64,000 nucleotides of DNA, from positions 288,001-352,000 of the forward strand of contig CAWDVR010000001.1 in the NCBI GenBank assembly GCA_963805975.1, read 5' to 3'. How positions within the stretch are numbered: position 1 is the first letter of the stretch; each line of letters opens with the position of its first letter. Origin of the DNA: an uncultured Acidobacteriota bacterium. GTDB lineage: Bacteria > Acidobacteriota > Thermoanaerobaculia > Multivoradales > SZUA-115. Positions 9,443 to 19,341 of this stretch are shown one piece after another. Both the position numbers and the translations under genes were made by a program. Under the pieces are notes generated by a model, which was given only the letters and a program-made list of their open reading frames with translations, did not search any database and was not told where the DNA came from.

Positions 9443-9598
9443 CCGTGGGCGGCCTGGCCGTCGAGGCGCTACGCCTCGAGCGCCGCCCGTGTACCTGGCG
9501 GCCAGGCCTGGGGGTGAGGCGAGCTCGGAGCCTTTGGAGTTTTTCGGCGACCCGCTGCCCCGCGCCCTTTCCCGGGGCCATTTCGTAACCTACCCCCG

Positions 9599-9627
9599 CT
9601 GTCATCCTGAGCGAAGCGAAGGATCTG
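9599..9627. repeat. REP-like palindromic unit (single arm)
   Basis: ctgtcatcctgagcgaagcgaaggatct between convergent genes; GTCATCC-type REP. Confidence 0.55.
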
Positions 9628-9654
9628 GTGGGGGGAGGCGCGAAGCGGAGGGCG

Positions 9655-12224
9655 TTACGGCGTGTAGGTGACGACCAGCACCGGGCGGTTCCCGGCGGTG
9701 GTGGCCTCGCCGCCGTAGTAGCCGATGTAGTCGTTGCCGTTGTCGTTGTTGTCGTCGAGCGTGAAGAAGGCGCGGAACTGCGTGCGCCCGGTCTTGTTGA
9801 TCGCGGCGCGGCCGGCGGCGTTGAGCGTCGCCGAGGAGAGCGCGCCGTTCGAGGCCGCGTTCGACAGGCTGCCGACGTTGGTGGAGGTGGCCGCGGCCTG
9901 GAAGTCGGCGGCGGCGAGCGCGTTGGCGCCGCCGAAGGCGCCGGTCACCACGTCCACCTGGCAGGTGCCGTGGGTGCCGAACGGGTTGGTGCCGGAGGAA
10001 GTGCCACGGCGGATTTGCAGGGTGGCCGCAGTCACGGTGGCGCCGTCCGGGATCGACGACGTGTCGAACGACAGGAAGCTCCTGAACTGGCGGTCCTGGT
10101 TGTTGTCGCCGACGCGGAGCGCGCTGGTGGCGGTGGAGCTGGCCGTGGCCGTGCCGCCGACGCTGGTGTTCTCGCCCGACTCGACCACCCGGCCGTCCTC
10201 GGCGCCGAGCGAGGTGAAGGTGACGGTGACGCTGCCCGAGGTCACGATCACGGTGATCGAGTCGGAGCCGGGCAGGCTGCCGCTGTCGGTCACCGAGGCG
10301 GTGATGGTGTGGGTGCCCACCGAGAGCGCGGAGGTCGAGAACGAGCCGCCGCTGCCGATCGGGCCGTTGATCGACGAGGTCCAGGCGAGACCGGCGGTCA
10401 GGCTGCCGTCCTGGGCGTCGGTGGCGGTGCCGGTGAAGTTGATCGAGGTGCCGACCGTGAACGACGAGCCGGAGGCCGGCGCCGTGATGTCGACCACCGG
10501 GGGAGTGTTGCCGCCGCCCCCCGTGGTGCAGGTGGTCACCGCCACGTCGTCGACGTAGAACGAGGTCGGGAGCGACGAGTCGTTGGTGGCCCGGAAGGCG
10601 ACGCGGATCGTCTGCCCGATCCACGGGCTCAGGTCCATGTTCTGCATGTCCATCCAGGCGCCTTCGCGCCAGGCGTCGTTCATCAGGCCGAGGACCGAGA
10701 GCACCGTGCCGGAGGTGTTGCGCACCTCGACGAAGAGGTCGTCGAACCCGAAGCCGGTGGCCGCCACCTCGTCCGTCAACTGGTGGAAGAAGAGCGTCAG
10801 CTCGGCCTTGCCCACGCCGGCCGGGATGGCGAAGTCGCGCGTCGCCTCGTGCGTGGTCGAGGCGGCGCCGCCCAGCCGCAGCGAGAAGCTGCCGTGACCG
10901 GCCGCCGGCGCGGCGAGCCGCGCCGCACCGGTGACTGCCCAACTGTCCAGGCCGGCCTCGAAGGTGGAGCTCGTCGCCGTGCAGCCGGCGGGGTTGAACG
11001 TGGCCGGAGCTGCGCTGTAGGCCAGGGCGTAGGTCTGCGGGCCGGTGGGCACCGCGGTGCCGGTGACGCGCACCGTCCAGGTGCCGGCCGCCGGGTTGAC
11101 CACCAGCACCTGCTCCTGGTTGTCGCGGGCGTTGGCGCCGGTGGTCGCCGGCAGGTGCGGGTTGGCCGGATCGAGCACGAAGGCCTGCCGCACCGAGGAA
11201 TCCGGCGCGATCAACTGCAGGGTGAGGTTGTTGACCGGTGCCGAGGCGGCGAAGGCCGCGGCCGCCGCGTCGTCCCAGGCGAGGGTCGCCTTGAGCACGC
11301 CGGTGCCGGCCGGCACGGTGATGGTGAAGTTGTCGACGCTGGCGTTGGTGGCCGAGTCCGAGCCCCAGGCGGTGGTGCCGCCGTCACCCAGCACACCGTT
11401 GTCGGCGCGCAGCAGGTCGATCAGGCCCTTGGCGTCCACGGCGCCGTAGCCGAAGATGTAGTCGGGACCGTCCTGGCCGAGGTCACGGGCGCTGTGCACG
11501 AGCATGGTCTTGACCAGCGCCGGCAGAGGCCGGGCGGTGGCGCCGCCGTGGCCCTGGGCCCGCCAGTCCTGGATGAAGAGGCCGATGGTGCCGGCGACGG
11601 CCGGGGTCGCCATCGAGGTGCCGCAGAAGCCGCCGTAGGTGTTGTCGTTGGTGTTGAGCGAGGAGAAGACGCTGGTCTCGCCCGTCACCCGGCCGCTCTC
11701 ACAGCCGGGAGCGGAGATCACCGGCTTCAGGCGCCCGTCGTCGCAAGGGCCCCAGGAAGAGAAGCGGGCCATCGAGCCGCCGTCCGAGTTGAGCGCGCCG
11801 ACGTGGATCGGGTTCTTGGCGCACGAAGGCTCGGCGGTGCTCAGGTAGGCGGCACCGCAACGTCCGCGCGGGCTGCCGCCGGAGCGCTCGTTGCCGTTCG
11901 CCCAGGAGAAGATCACCGGGCTGCCCACGGTGGCGTTGTCGCCGCGGGCGCGGTTGGCGGTCGAGCCGCTGCCGTCGCCACCCACGGTGCCGGCCACGTG
12001 CGTCGGGTGGTCGGAGGAGGCCGAACCGTCGGTCACCGTCACCCGCGTGCCGGTCCCGGGATTGCCAGGCCCTGGCGCTCGGCGGCGGTGCCGCCTGCGG
12101 CCGGGGTCCAGCTCTTCTCGAGGAGCTGGATGCGGTACGGCAAGTCGGCGGCGGCAGCCGAAGCCGCGAGAGTGGCGAGCGAGAGCAGGAGCAGGGCCAT
12201 GACGGCCAGAGGCTTCCTCGTCAT
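9655..12224 (-). pseudogene. Secreted S8 (subtilisin-like) protease with PKD/Ig-like and carbohydrate-binding-like C-terminal domains, carrying two internal deletions and a frameshift
   Basis: Signal-peptide ORF 12039-12224 (SD AGGAGG) joins out of frame at ~12062 to 9655-12042 (HPTHVAG, GNE, GTSMATP). Compared with paralog 23306-26896 it lacks ~210 aa (propeptide + catalytic Asp region) and ~78 aa at ~11943. Confidence 0.75.
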
Positions 12225-12317
12225 GCGAACTTCCTCCTTTTGTGGATGAGAAGCGGTCTCAGTGCAAAAGGAGGAGTGTAGCGATCTCCTACGACGGGGA
12301 CAGGGCGTGCTGACCGG

Positions 12318-15300
12318 TCAACAGATCCTCAGCACGCGAAGGACCACAAAGTCCGAGCCCGTGGTCCCGCCGGGGTCAGATACTTCTAGGCGGAGGCGGA
12401 TGAGAAGGTCGACCTCACAACGCTCAAAAGTGATGGTGTCGGAAGGTTTCCAGTCGATTTCCAGAGCGCTGCCGATCGTGGCCGTGGTGGGCCCACTGCC
12501 CGAGCCCGGGTCGAAGGGATAAGTCACGGTCCAACGGTAGGTGAGAGGGGTGGCGCCCTCGGGATCGACCGCGAGGCCGGCCACCGTAAACCTCTCGTCC
12601 GGGCCTGCAACGCTTCCTGGCTCCGGACTCCTGACCGCCACCGCGGGCGGCAGGTTCGCAGGCGGTGGGAGCACATTGACGAGCACGCTCGTCGAGCTCG
12701 TCTCACCTTGAGGGTCAGTGCCGTAGAGCGTGAGCGTCCGCGGACCGGTGGTGGTGAACGTCACCGGCACTTCGCAGCCGAAACCTGGCAGCGGATCGGC
12801 GACCAGCGAGCTCCGCCAGATCAAGCCGCCGCAGGCGAGAGTCTGCCCCGGCTCGTTGCGGTCACTGGCCGAGCCGCGCAGGCGGAAGGGCAAGCCCTGG
12901 TAGATGGTTTCACCCGGCAAGGGCCGCTCGATCACCGGGACGGGCGGGGAGTTGACGATCTCGATCAGGATCGAGTCGAACGAAATGGCTCCGCCGCTGT
13001 CGCGGGCGAAGGCCGTCAGCCGGTGCGTGCCCTCGGTGGCGAAGGCGTGCACGAGGGTGGCACCGGAACCGAGCAGACCGTCGAGGTCCGAGCTCCAGGA
13101 GAAGGTGCAACAACCGGCGCCGTCCTCGAAGTCTTCGGCCGAGGCGGCGAGGATCACGGGCCAGTTGAGGTCGCGACGGGAGTGGAAAGTCGGGGCGGTG
13201 ATGGCGGCTGCGGGAGGCACGTTGCCGACCGCCTTGTGCACCGCGGCCAGGGCGTCGACCCAGCGCCGGACCTTGCGGTCCGGGCTTCCGGTGTGGGCGG
13301 TATCAAGGAGGATGTCCTCCACCTGGCCGGCGGAGAGGTCCGGATTGGCGGCCCAGATCAGCGCCGCCACCCCCGCGGTGAAAGGTGAAGAGAAGCTAGT
13401 GCCGTTGATCTGCCGGGCGTGGTCGGCCGGCGCGCCCGGGTCGGGGCCGACCCACAGGGTGTAGGGCGCGAAGATGTCGACGGCCTCGCTACCGTAGTTA
13501 GAGTCGGACGCCCTTTCGTTCGAGTTCCAGGCGAGGCCGCCGACGCAGGTGACGCCGTCGTTCTCGCAGGGGGTGTACCAGGCTTTCTCGATGCAGCCGA
13601 TGAAGCGCACGCAGTAGCTGCTGTCGACGTTGTCGCCGTCATTGCCGGCAGAGGCGAAGAGCAGCATACCGGAGGCGCGGAAGGCGATCGTCGCCACCTC
13701 GAAGGGCAAGACGCTCCAGGCCAGCAGCAACGGCACCCGCGCTCCATAGCTCATGTTGGCGACCTTCGCACCCAGCGCCCGCGCCTCGCCCAGGGCAACG
13801 ATCGACGTGAAGAAATCGTAGGAGGTGAACACCAGGATCGGGTAGGCCACGGGCCCGGCCGGCCCGGCACCGCCGAAGCGATTGTCGGCGAGGCTCGCCC
13901 CGGCGCTCAGCACCGAAGTGCCATGCCATGGGCAGCTCCCGCCGCTACCGCACGAGAGCAGGTTTTCGCTGCCGATGGGCTCGACGAAGGGGACGTTGGA
14001 GATCGCGAACCAGTCGGGGAAGTCGTCGTTCGGCGCGAAGCCCATGTCGAGGATGGCTAGCTTCACTGTGTTGTCGAGCCCTCCCGCCAGATCGAGGAGA
14101 CGCCAAGCCTCGGCCACGCCGATGTCCTGGACCCCTCCCACCTGGTGAGTGGGCCAAGTGAAGGCGTTGCTCGAGTACGGGGTGCCGCCGATGCCGTCAC
14201 CGCTCGACGCCTCGGTCGAAGCCTTGTCGCGAAACTGGCTGCCGCGGCCCACCCAGTTGACGCCGACGGCGCGGCCGGCGAGGACCTCGTCGGCGCCGGT
14301 CGCCAGCAGCTTCAGGCCGTCCAGGCTCGATACCTCGTGCACCCCGCGGCCCGCGGGTTCGAGCGCCAGCAAGTCGGAAGCCAGGCCTGCCGCGTCAGTT
14401 GTCAGCCGGTGGACACGCACCAGGTACTGGCTGGCGATGCCTTCTAGTTGGTTGCGAGTGGGGTCGAAGGTCAGCACCACCTCACCCTGCCAGCGGTCGA
14501 GGAACGTGGCGAGCTCCGCAGGGTCGTCGGTCGACAACCAGAGCTCGTCGGCTACGAAGTCTGCCTGATTGCCGAACTCGTCCCGGACGCTCGCCAGAGG
14601 CCGTGGTGTCGCGCCGTCGAACCCGGGCAGCGTCGGCACCGACGGGGCCAGGGCGGGATTCACGCGGAAGCTCGGCGGTCCTAGCGGCGTCTCCCCCTCG
14701 CGGTCCTGGCTGAAGCGGCCGTTGTCGGCCCGCACGCCGAGCCACTGGCGGGTGCCGCGGAAGGTGCCGGCGAAGGTGACCGTGAAGTCCCGGCCCTGGC
14801 CGAGCACGGGGTCGCTGCCGCCGAACTTCGTGCTGGCGAGCCAGGTGACCTCCTCCTCGAAGCCCGGAGGTTGGGTCTCGGCGCGGAAGGTGGCGGGCAC
14901 GCCGTCCGCGACCTCGGCCGCGGGAAACGGGCCGATCACCTTCACGCTGTAGGTTTCGACGTGAAGGGTGCTGGCGCCCTCGGTGTACCCGGCGGTGATC
15001 TCGTGAGAACCCGGCTGGAGCAGGCGGAGGTCCACCTCGGCGCCGAGACGGTGCTGCGGCTCGCCGTTCACTCTCCACTCGACCAGGGGCGCGAAGGCGG
15101 CCGGCGTCACCGTGGCCGAGGCCCGCAGCCAGCGGTCGATCGAGGTGCGGTAGCTGTCGGGTCCGAGCTCGCGGAGCGCGGCGATCGACTCGTCGCGGAA
15201 GAAGTAGCCCGCCGTCGAGCGGTTGAGGTTGCCCTCGACGAGGATCACGGGCTCGACGGCGACGGCGCGGGCCGAGATCGTCATCGGTTGAGCAGTGGTG

Positions 15301-15698
15301 TCGATCACCTCGAGCACCGCGCTCTCCTCGACACGCTGGCCCTGTCCGTCGATATAGGAGGCGGACACCGTGTGACGGCCGGCGGTGTCGAAGCGGTGCT
15401 CGGCGAACGAGAAGAGGATCTCGCTCGCGATCTCGCTGGCACCCGTCCAGGTGACGGCGGCACCGACGGGTTTCCGCATCTTGAACTGGACCACCGCGCC
15501 GAGCGGTAGCGCGGCGGCGAGCGGCGCCGGGTGCCAGAGTGTGGTCAGCCCGGCCACCGGCCCGATCTCGAGCTGAGCGTTCCAGGCGCTGGGGTCGGCG
15601 AGCCGCGCGGCGGCCCGTGCTCCCGCCGCGCTCGGCGGTGCGGCCAGCAGCACCAGTGCCGTGGTGAGTGGAATCAGGGAGCAGAGACGTTGTTGCAT
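12318..15698 (-). CDS. Secreted S8 serine peptidase with Ig/PKD-like domains
   Basis: SD AGGAGG before ATG 15698; signal peptide; triad LAILDMG, PWHGTSV, GTSFSSP; SAGND; WSSDLDG PKD-like repeats. Confidence 0.9.
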   Translation of the reverse strand: MQQRLCSLIPLTTALVLLAAPPSAAGARAAARLADPSAWNAQLEIGPVAGLTTLWHPAPLAAALPLGAVVQFKMRKPVGAAVTWTGASEIASEILFSFAEHRFDTAGRHTVSASYIDGQGQRVEESAVLEVIDTTAQPMTISARAVAVEPVILVEGNLNRSTAGYFFRDESIAALRELGPDSYRTSIDRWLRASATVTPAAFAPLVEWRVNGEPQHRLGAEVDLRLLQPGSHEITAGYTEGASTLHVETYSVKVIGPFPAAEVADGVPATFRAETQPPGFEEEVTWLASTKFGGSDPVLGQGRDFTVTFAGTFRGTRQWLGVRADNGRFSQDREGETPLGPPSFRVNPALAPSVPTLPGFDGATPRPLASVRDEFGNQADFVADELWLSTDDPAELATFLDRWQGEVVLTFDPTRNQLEGIASQYLVRVHRLTTDAAGLASDLLALEPAGRGVHEVSSLDGLKLLATGADEVLAGRAVGVNWVGRGSQFRDKASTEASSGDGIGGTPYSSNAFTWPTHQVGGVQDIGVAEAWRLLDLAGGLDNTVKLAILDMGFAPNDDFPDWFAISNVPFVEPIGSENLLSCGSGGSCPWHGTSVLSAGASLADNRFGGAGPAGPVAYPILVFTSYDFFTSIVALGEARALGAKVANMSYGARVPLLLAWSVLPFEVATIAFRASGMLLFASAGNDGDNVDSSYCVRFIGCIEKAWYTPCENDGVTCVGGLAWNSNERASDSNYGSEAVDIFAPYTLWVGPDPGAPADHARQINGTSFSSPFTAGVAALIWAANPDLSAGQVEDILLDTAHTGSPDRKVRRWVDALAAVHKAVGNVPPAAAITAPTFHSRRDLNWPVILAASAEDFEDGAGCCTFSWSSDLDGLLGSGATLVHAFATEGTHRLTAFARDSGGAISFDSILIEIVNSPPVPVIERPLPGETIYQGLPFRLRGSASDRNEPGQTLACGGLIWRSSLVADPLPGFGCEVPVTFTTTGPRTLTLYGTDPQGETSSTSVLVNVLPPPANLPPAVAVRSPEPGSVAGPDERFTVAGLAVDPEGATPLTYRWTVTYPFDPGSGSGPTTATIGSALEIDWKPSDTITFERCEVDLLIRLRLEVSDPGGTTGSDFVVLRVLRIC

Positions 15699-15913
15699 GG
15701 CAGTCCTCCTCGCGGGCGGAGCCCGTTGCCGAACGGAGCTGCGCGGGAGTGAGGTCGGTCGGCGCGGCACCGTTCCTGGTTTCTGTCCGGCCTCGCCGGG
15801 CACAGCGCGAAGGAATGGGAAACCGGCTGATCGCCACTGGGGAAAGCGGCGTCGAAGTCAAAGTGGAAGATCGAAGGTAGAGGCAATACACTGCTTCGAA
15901 AACCAGGGACACG

Positions 15914-16465
15914 ATGACCACCGAGGTGACCGATCTGCTGCAGCAGTGGCGAGCGGGCGACGAGAAGGCTTTCGGCGCCCTCCTGCCGCAGGTCTACGCC
16001 GAGCTCCGGCGCCTGGCCCGCGGCCAGCTCCGCGGCGAGCGGCCCGGCCACACGCTCCAGCCCACGGCGCTGGTCCACGAGGCGTGCCTGCGCCTCCTCG
16101 GTGGGAAGCGGATCGACTGGCAGGACCGCGCGCATTTCCTCGCCGTCACCGCGACCCTCATGCGCCGCATCCTGGTGAGCTACGCGCGCCGCCATCGCGC
16201 CGCCAAGCGCGGCGGCGGTGCCGTCGTCACGCTGCACGAGTCCGATGCCGTGGCCGCGAGCCGGGACGTGGACCTCCTGGCGCTCTCCGATGCGCTCGAG
16301 AAGCTGGAGGCGCTCGACCCCCGCCAGGCGCGGGTGGTGGAGCTGCGCTATTTCGCGGGCACCACCATCGAGGAAACGGCCGAGGCCCTGGGCGTCTCCC
16401 CGGCCACGGTGAAGATCGACTGGAGCCTGGCCAAGGCCTGGCTGCTGCGCGAGCTGGGGGGGTGA
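15914..16465 (+). CDS. ECF sigma factor, Ser/Thr-kinase-associated type (TIGR02999-like)
   Basis: HTLQPTALVHEA, WQDRAHF, KRGG, region 4 HTH; no anti-sigma, followed directly by a kinase. Confidence 0.92.
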   Translation: MTTEVTDLLQQWRAGDEKAFGALLPQVYAELRRLARGQLRGERPGHTLQPTALVHEACLRLLGGKRIDWQDRAHFLAVTATLMRRILVSYARRHRAAKRGGGAVVTLHESDAVAASRDVDLLALSDALEKLEALDPRQARVVELRYFAGTTIEETAEALGVSPATVKIDWSLAKAWLLRELGG

Positions 16466-16470
16466 CGGCG

Positions 16471-19323
16471 ATGGGGCCCGAGATCTGGCAAGGCGAGCGC
16501 TGGCAGCGGGTGCGCGAGGTCTTCGCCGGCGCTCTCGAGCTGCCGGAAGGGGAGCGCGCAGGGCACGTGGCCGCATGCACGGCGGGAGATCGCGAGCTCG
16601 CGGACGAGGTCGAGGCGCTCCTCGCCGCGCACGGCCGCGCCGAGGGCTTCCTCGAGGGCGAGGCCGAGCCGCCGGCTTCCGGGCCGGGGACGGAGACCCG
16701 CATCGGGCCCTACCGGCTGCTCTCCCTCCTGGGGGCGGGCGGCATGGGCGCCGTCTACCTCGCACAGCGCGCCGACGAGGAGTTCCACAAGCGCGTGGCC
16801 CTCAAGGTGCTGAAGCCGGGCATGGACTCGGCGGAAGTGATCCGCCGCTTCCGCACCGAACGGCAGATCCTCGCCGCCCTCGACCACCCGCACATCGCCA
16901 AGCTCCTGGACGGCGGCACCACCGACCGCGGCCTGCCGTACTTCGTGATGGAGCACGTCGAGGGCCTGGCCATCGACCGCTTCTGCGACGAGCACCGGCT
17001 GGGAGTGCCGGCCCGCCTGCAGCTCTTCCGCCGCGTCTGCGCCGCCGTGCAGTTCGCGCACCAGAACCTGGTGATCCATCGCGACCTCAAGCCCGGCAAC
17101 ATCCTGGTGCTGCCGGACGGCACGCCCAAGCTCCTCGACTTCGGCATCGCCAAGCTCCTCAACCCGGAGCTCTCCGCGCAGGCGGAGGTGCCGACGGCGC
17201 TGGCCCTCGCGCCCATGACGCCGGACTACGCGAGCCCCGAGCAGGTGCGCGGCGAGCACCTCACCACCGCGAGCGACATCTACGCGCTGGGAGTCCTGCT
17301 CTACGAGCTGCTGACCGGGCTCCACCCGCTGCGCTCCCGCGCCTCGAGCCTCGAGGAGATGCGGCGCCTGATCACCGACGCCGAGCCCGAGCGGCCCAGC
17401 TTGGCAGTAGAGCGGGTGGCGGCCGAGCGGGCCTCGGAGGCCGCAGGAGCGACCCGCGCCGCCGAGGACTCGCGCGCTTCCGGCCGCGGCCGCGACCTCG
17501 GTGCCGCCCACCTCCGGCGCCGCCTCGAAGGCGATCTCGACAACATCGTGCTGATGGCGCTGCGCAAGCAGCCGGCGCGCCGCTACGCCTCCGTGGAGCA
17601 GCTCTCCCAGGACGTGCGCCGCCACCTCGAGGGCCTGCCGGTGGCGGCCCGGCGCGGTACCGTGACCTACCGCATGGAGAAGTTCGTCGGCCGCCACCGC
17701 CTGGGGGTGGCGGTGGCGGCGACCCTCTTCCTGGCAGCGGTCGGTTTCGGCCTCGCCATGGGGGCGCTGGCGGCGCGGGTGACGCGGGAGCGTGACCGCG
17801 CCGAGCAGGAGCGCGTGCGGGCGGAACAGGTGACGGACTTTCTCACCGATCTCTTCCTGGCCTCCGATCCCGAGGCCGCCAGGGGCGCCACGCCGACGGC
17901 ACGCGAGATGCTCGACCGCGGCGCGAAGCGGCTCGAGACCGAGCTCGAGGACCAGCCCACGGTACGCGCCGAGCTGCTGCGCACCGCCGGCCGCATCTAC
18001 CGCCAGCTCGGGCTCCTCGACCGTGCGGAGGCCATGGTCCGCGAGGCAGTGGCGCTACGCGAAGCGGGCGCCGGTGCCGACCCGGCGAAGCTCGCCGGGA
18101 GCCTGAACGAGCTCGGTCTGGTGCTCCGGGCCAAGGGGGAGTATCCGGCGGCGCGGAGCCTCTTCGAGCGCGCTCTCGAGCTGCGCCGCCGCCTGGGTCC
18201 TCACGATCCTGCCGTGGCGCAGACCCTGAACGACCTCGGTATCCTGCGGTGGAGGACGGGCGACTACGACGGGGCCGAGGCCCTGCTGAGCGAGGCCTTG
18301 GCCATCGATCGCGCTATCCAGCCGCCGATGCCGGTCGAGGTCGCGGGCATCCTCACGAACCTCGGCATCCTGGCAGTGCACCGGGGAAGGTACGCGCAGG
18401 CCGAGGAGCGCCACCGCGAGGCTCTGGACCTGCGCCGGAGCGCCTATGGCGCGGAGCACCTTTCGATCGCCGACTCGTTGGGCAATCTGGCGATGGTGGC
18501 CGAGTCTCGGGGAGACCTGCGCCAGGCCGAGGCCCGCACCCGCGAGGCGCTGGAGCTGCGGCGCAAGCTCTTCCCTGGCGACTCGCCGAGGCTCGCCAAC
18601 ACCATGACCAACTTCGGCCATCTCCTGCAACGGCTGGGTTCGCCGAAGGAGGCCGAGTCCCTGCACCGCGAGGCGCTGGCCATGCGGCGCCGACTCTTCG
18701 GCGGCGACGAGCCGGAGCTCGCCGTCACCCTGAGAAACCTGGGCGGCGCGCTGGAAGCCAAGGGCGACCTGACCGCGGCCATTGGCTACTACCGGGAGGC
18801 GCTGGCCATGCAGCGGCGCCTGTTCGGCGCCCGGCACGACGAGATCGCCGACGGCGAAAGCTACCTCGGCGCCGCCCTGCGCGAGGCCGGGAACCTGGAC
18901 GAGGCAGAACCCCTGCTCACCAGGGCCCTGGCGCAGCGGCGAGAGCTCCTCGGTGCAGAGCATCCGGATGTCGCCACGAGCCTCGTCGAGCTGGCGAGCC
19001 TCCGGGTCAGGAGGGGCGACGGCGCCGCCGGTGAGGCCCTGGCCCGCGAGGCGCTCGCCGTCCTGGGGCGCCAGGAGCCGCCGGTTGCCTGGCGAATCGC
19101 CGAGGCCGAAGTCGTGCTTGGCAACTGCCTGGCTGGCCAGCAGCGCTTTGCCGAGGCCGAGGACTTGCTCCAGCGCGGCCTGTCGACGATCGAGGCGCAG
19201 CTCGGAGAGGCGGCGTCAGCCACCCGAAAGGCGATTGCCGGCCAGGCGGCCCTCTACGATGCATGGAAGAAGCCGGCCAAGGCCGCCGAGTGCCGCGCCA
19301 GGCTTGCACTGCACCGCGGCTAG
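16471..19323 (+). CDS. Membrane Ser/Thr protein kinase with C-terminal TPR repeats
   Basis: LGAGGMGAVY, VALK, HRDLKPGN, DFG, YASPEQ, one TM helix, multiple kinesin-light-chain-type TPRs. Confidence 0.95.
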   Translation: MGPEIWQGERWQRVREVFAGALELPEGERAGHVAACTAGDRELADEVEALLAAHGRAEGFLEGEAEPPASGPGTETRIGPYRLLSLLGAGGMGAVYLAQRADEEFHKRVALKVLKPGMDSAEVIRRFRTERQILAALDHPHIAKLLDGGTTDRGLPYFVMEHVEGLAIDRFCDEHRLGVPARLQLFRRVCAAVQFAHQNLVIHRDLKPGNILVLPDGTPKLLDFGIAKLLNPELSAQAEVPTALALAPMTPDYASPEQVRGEHLTTASDIYALGVLLYELLTGLHPLRSRASSLEEMRRLITDAEPERPSLAVERVAAERASEAAGATRAAEDSRASGRGRDLGAAHLRRRLEGDLDNIVLMALRKQPARRYASVEQLSQDVRRHLEGLPVAARRGTVTYRMEKFVGRHRLGVAVAATLFLAAVGFGLAMGALAARVTRERDRAEQERVRAEQVTDFLTDLFLASDPEAARGATPTAREMLDRGAKRLETELEDQPTVRAELLRTAGRIYRQLGLLDRAEAMVREAVALREAGAGADPAKLAGSLNELGLVLRAKGEYPAARSLFERALELRRRLGPHDPAVAQTLNDLGILRWRTGDYDGAEALLSEALAIDRAIQPPMPVEVAGILTNLGILAVHRGRYAQAEERHREALDLRRSAYGAEHLSIADSLGNLAMVAESRGDLRQAEARTREALELRRKLFPGDSPRLANTMTNFGHLLQRLGSPKEAESLHREALAMRRRLFGGDEPELAVTLRNLGGALEAKGDLTAAIGYYREALAMQRRLFGARHDEIADGESYLGAALREAGNLDEAEPLLTRALAQRRELLGAEHPDVATSLVELASLRVRRGDGAAGEALAREALAVLGRQEPPVAWRIAEAEVVLGNCLAGQQRFAEAEDLLQRGLSTIEAQLGEAASATRKAIAGQAALYDAWKKPAKAAECRARLALHRG

Positions 19324-19341
19324 AGAGCCTGCGATCCGGGT

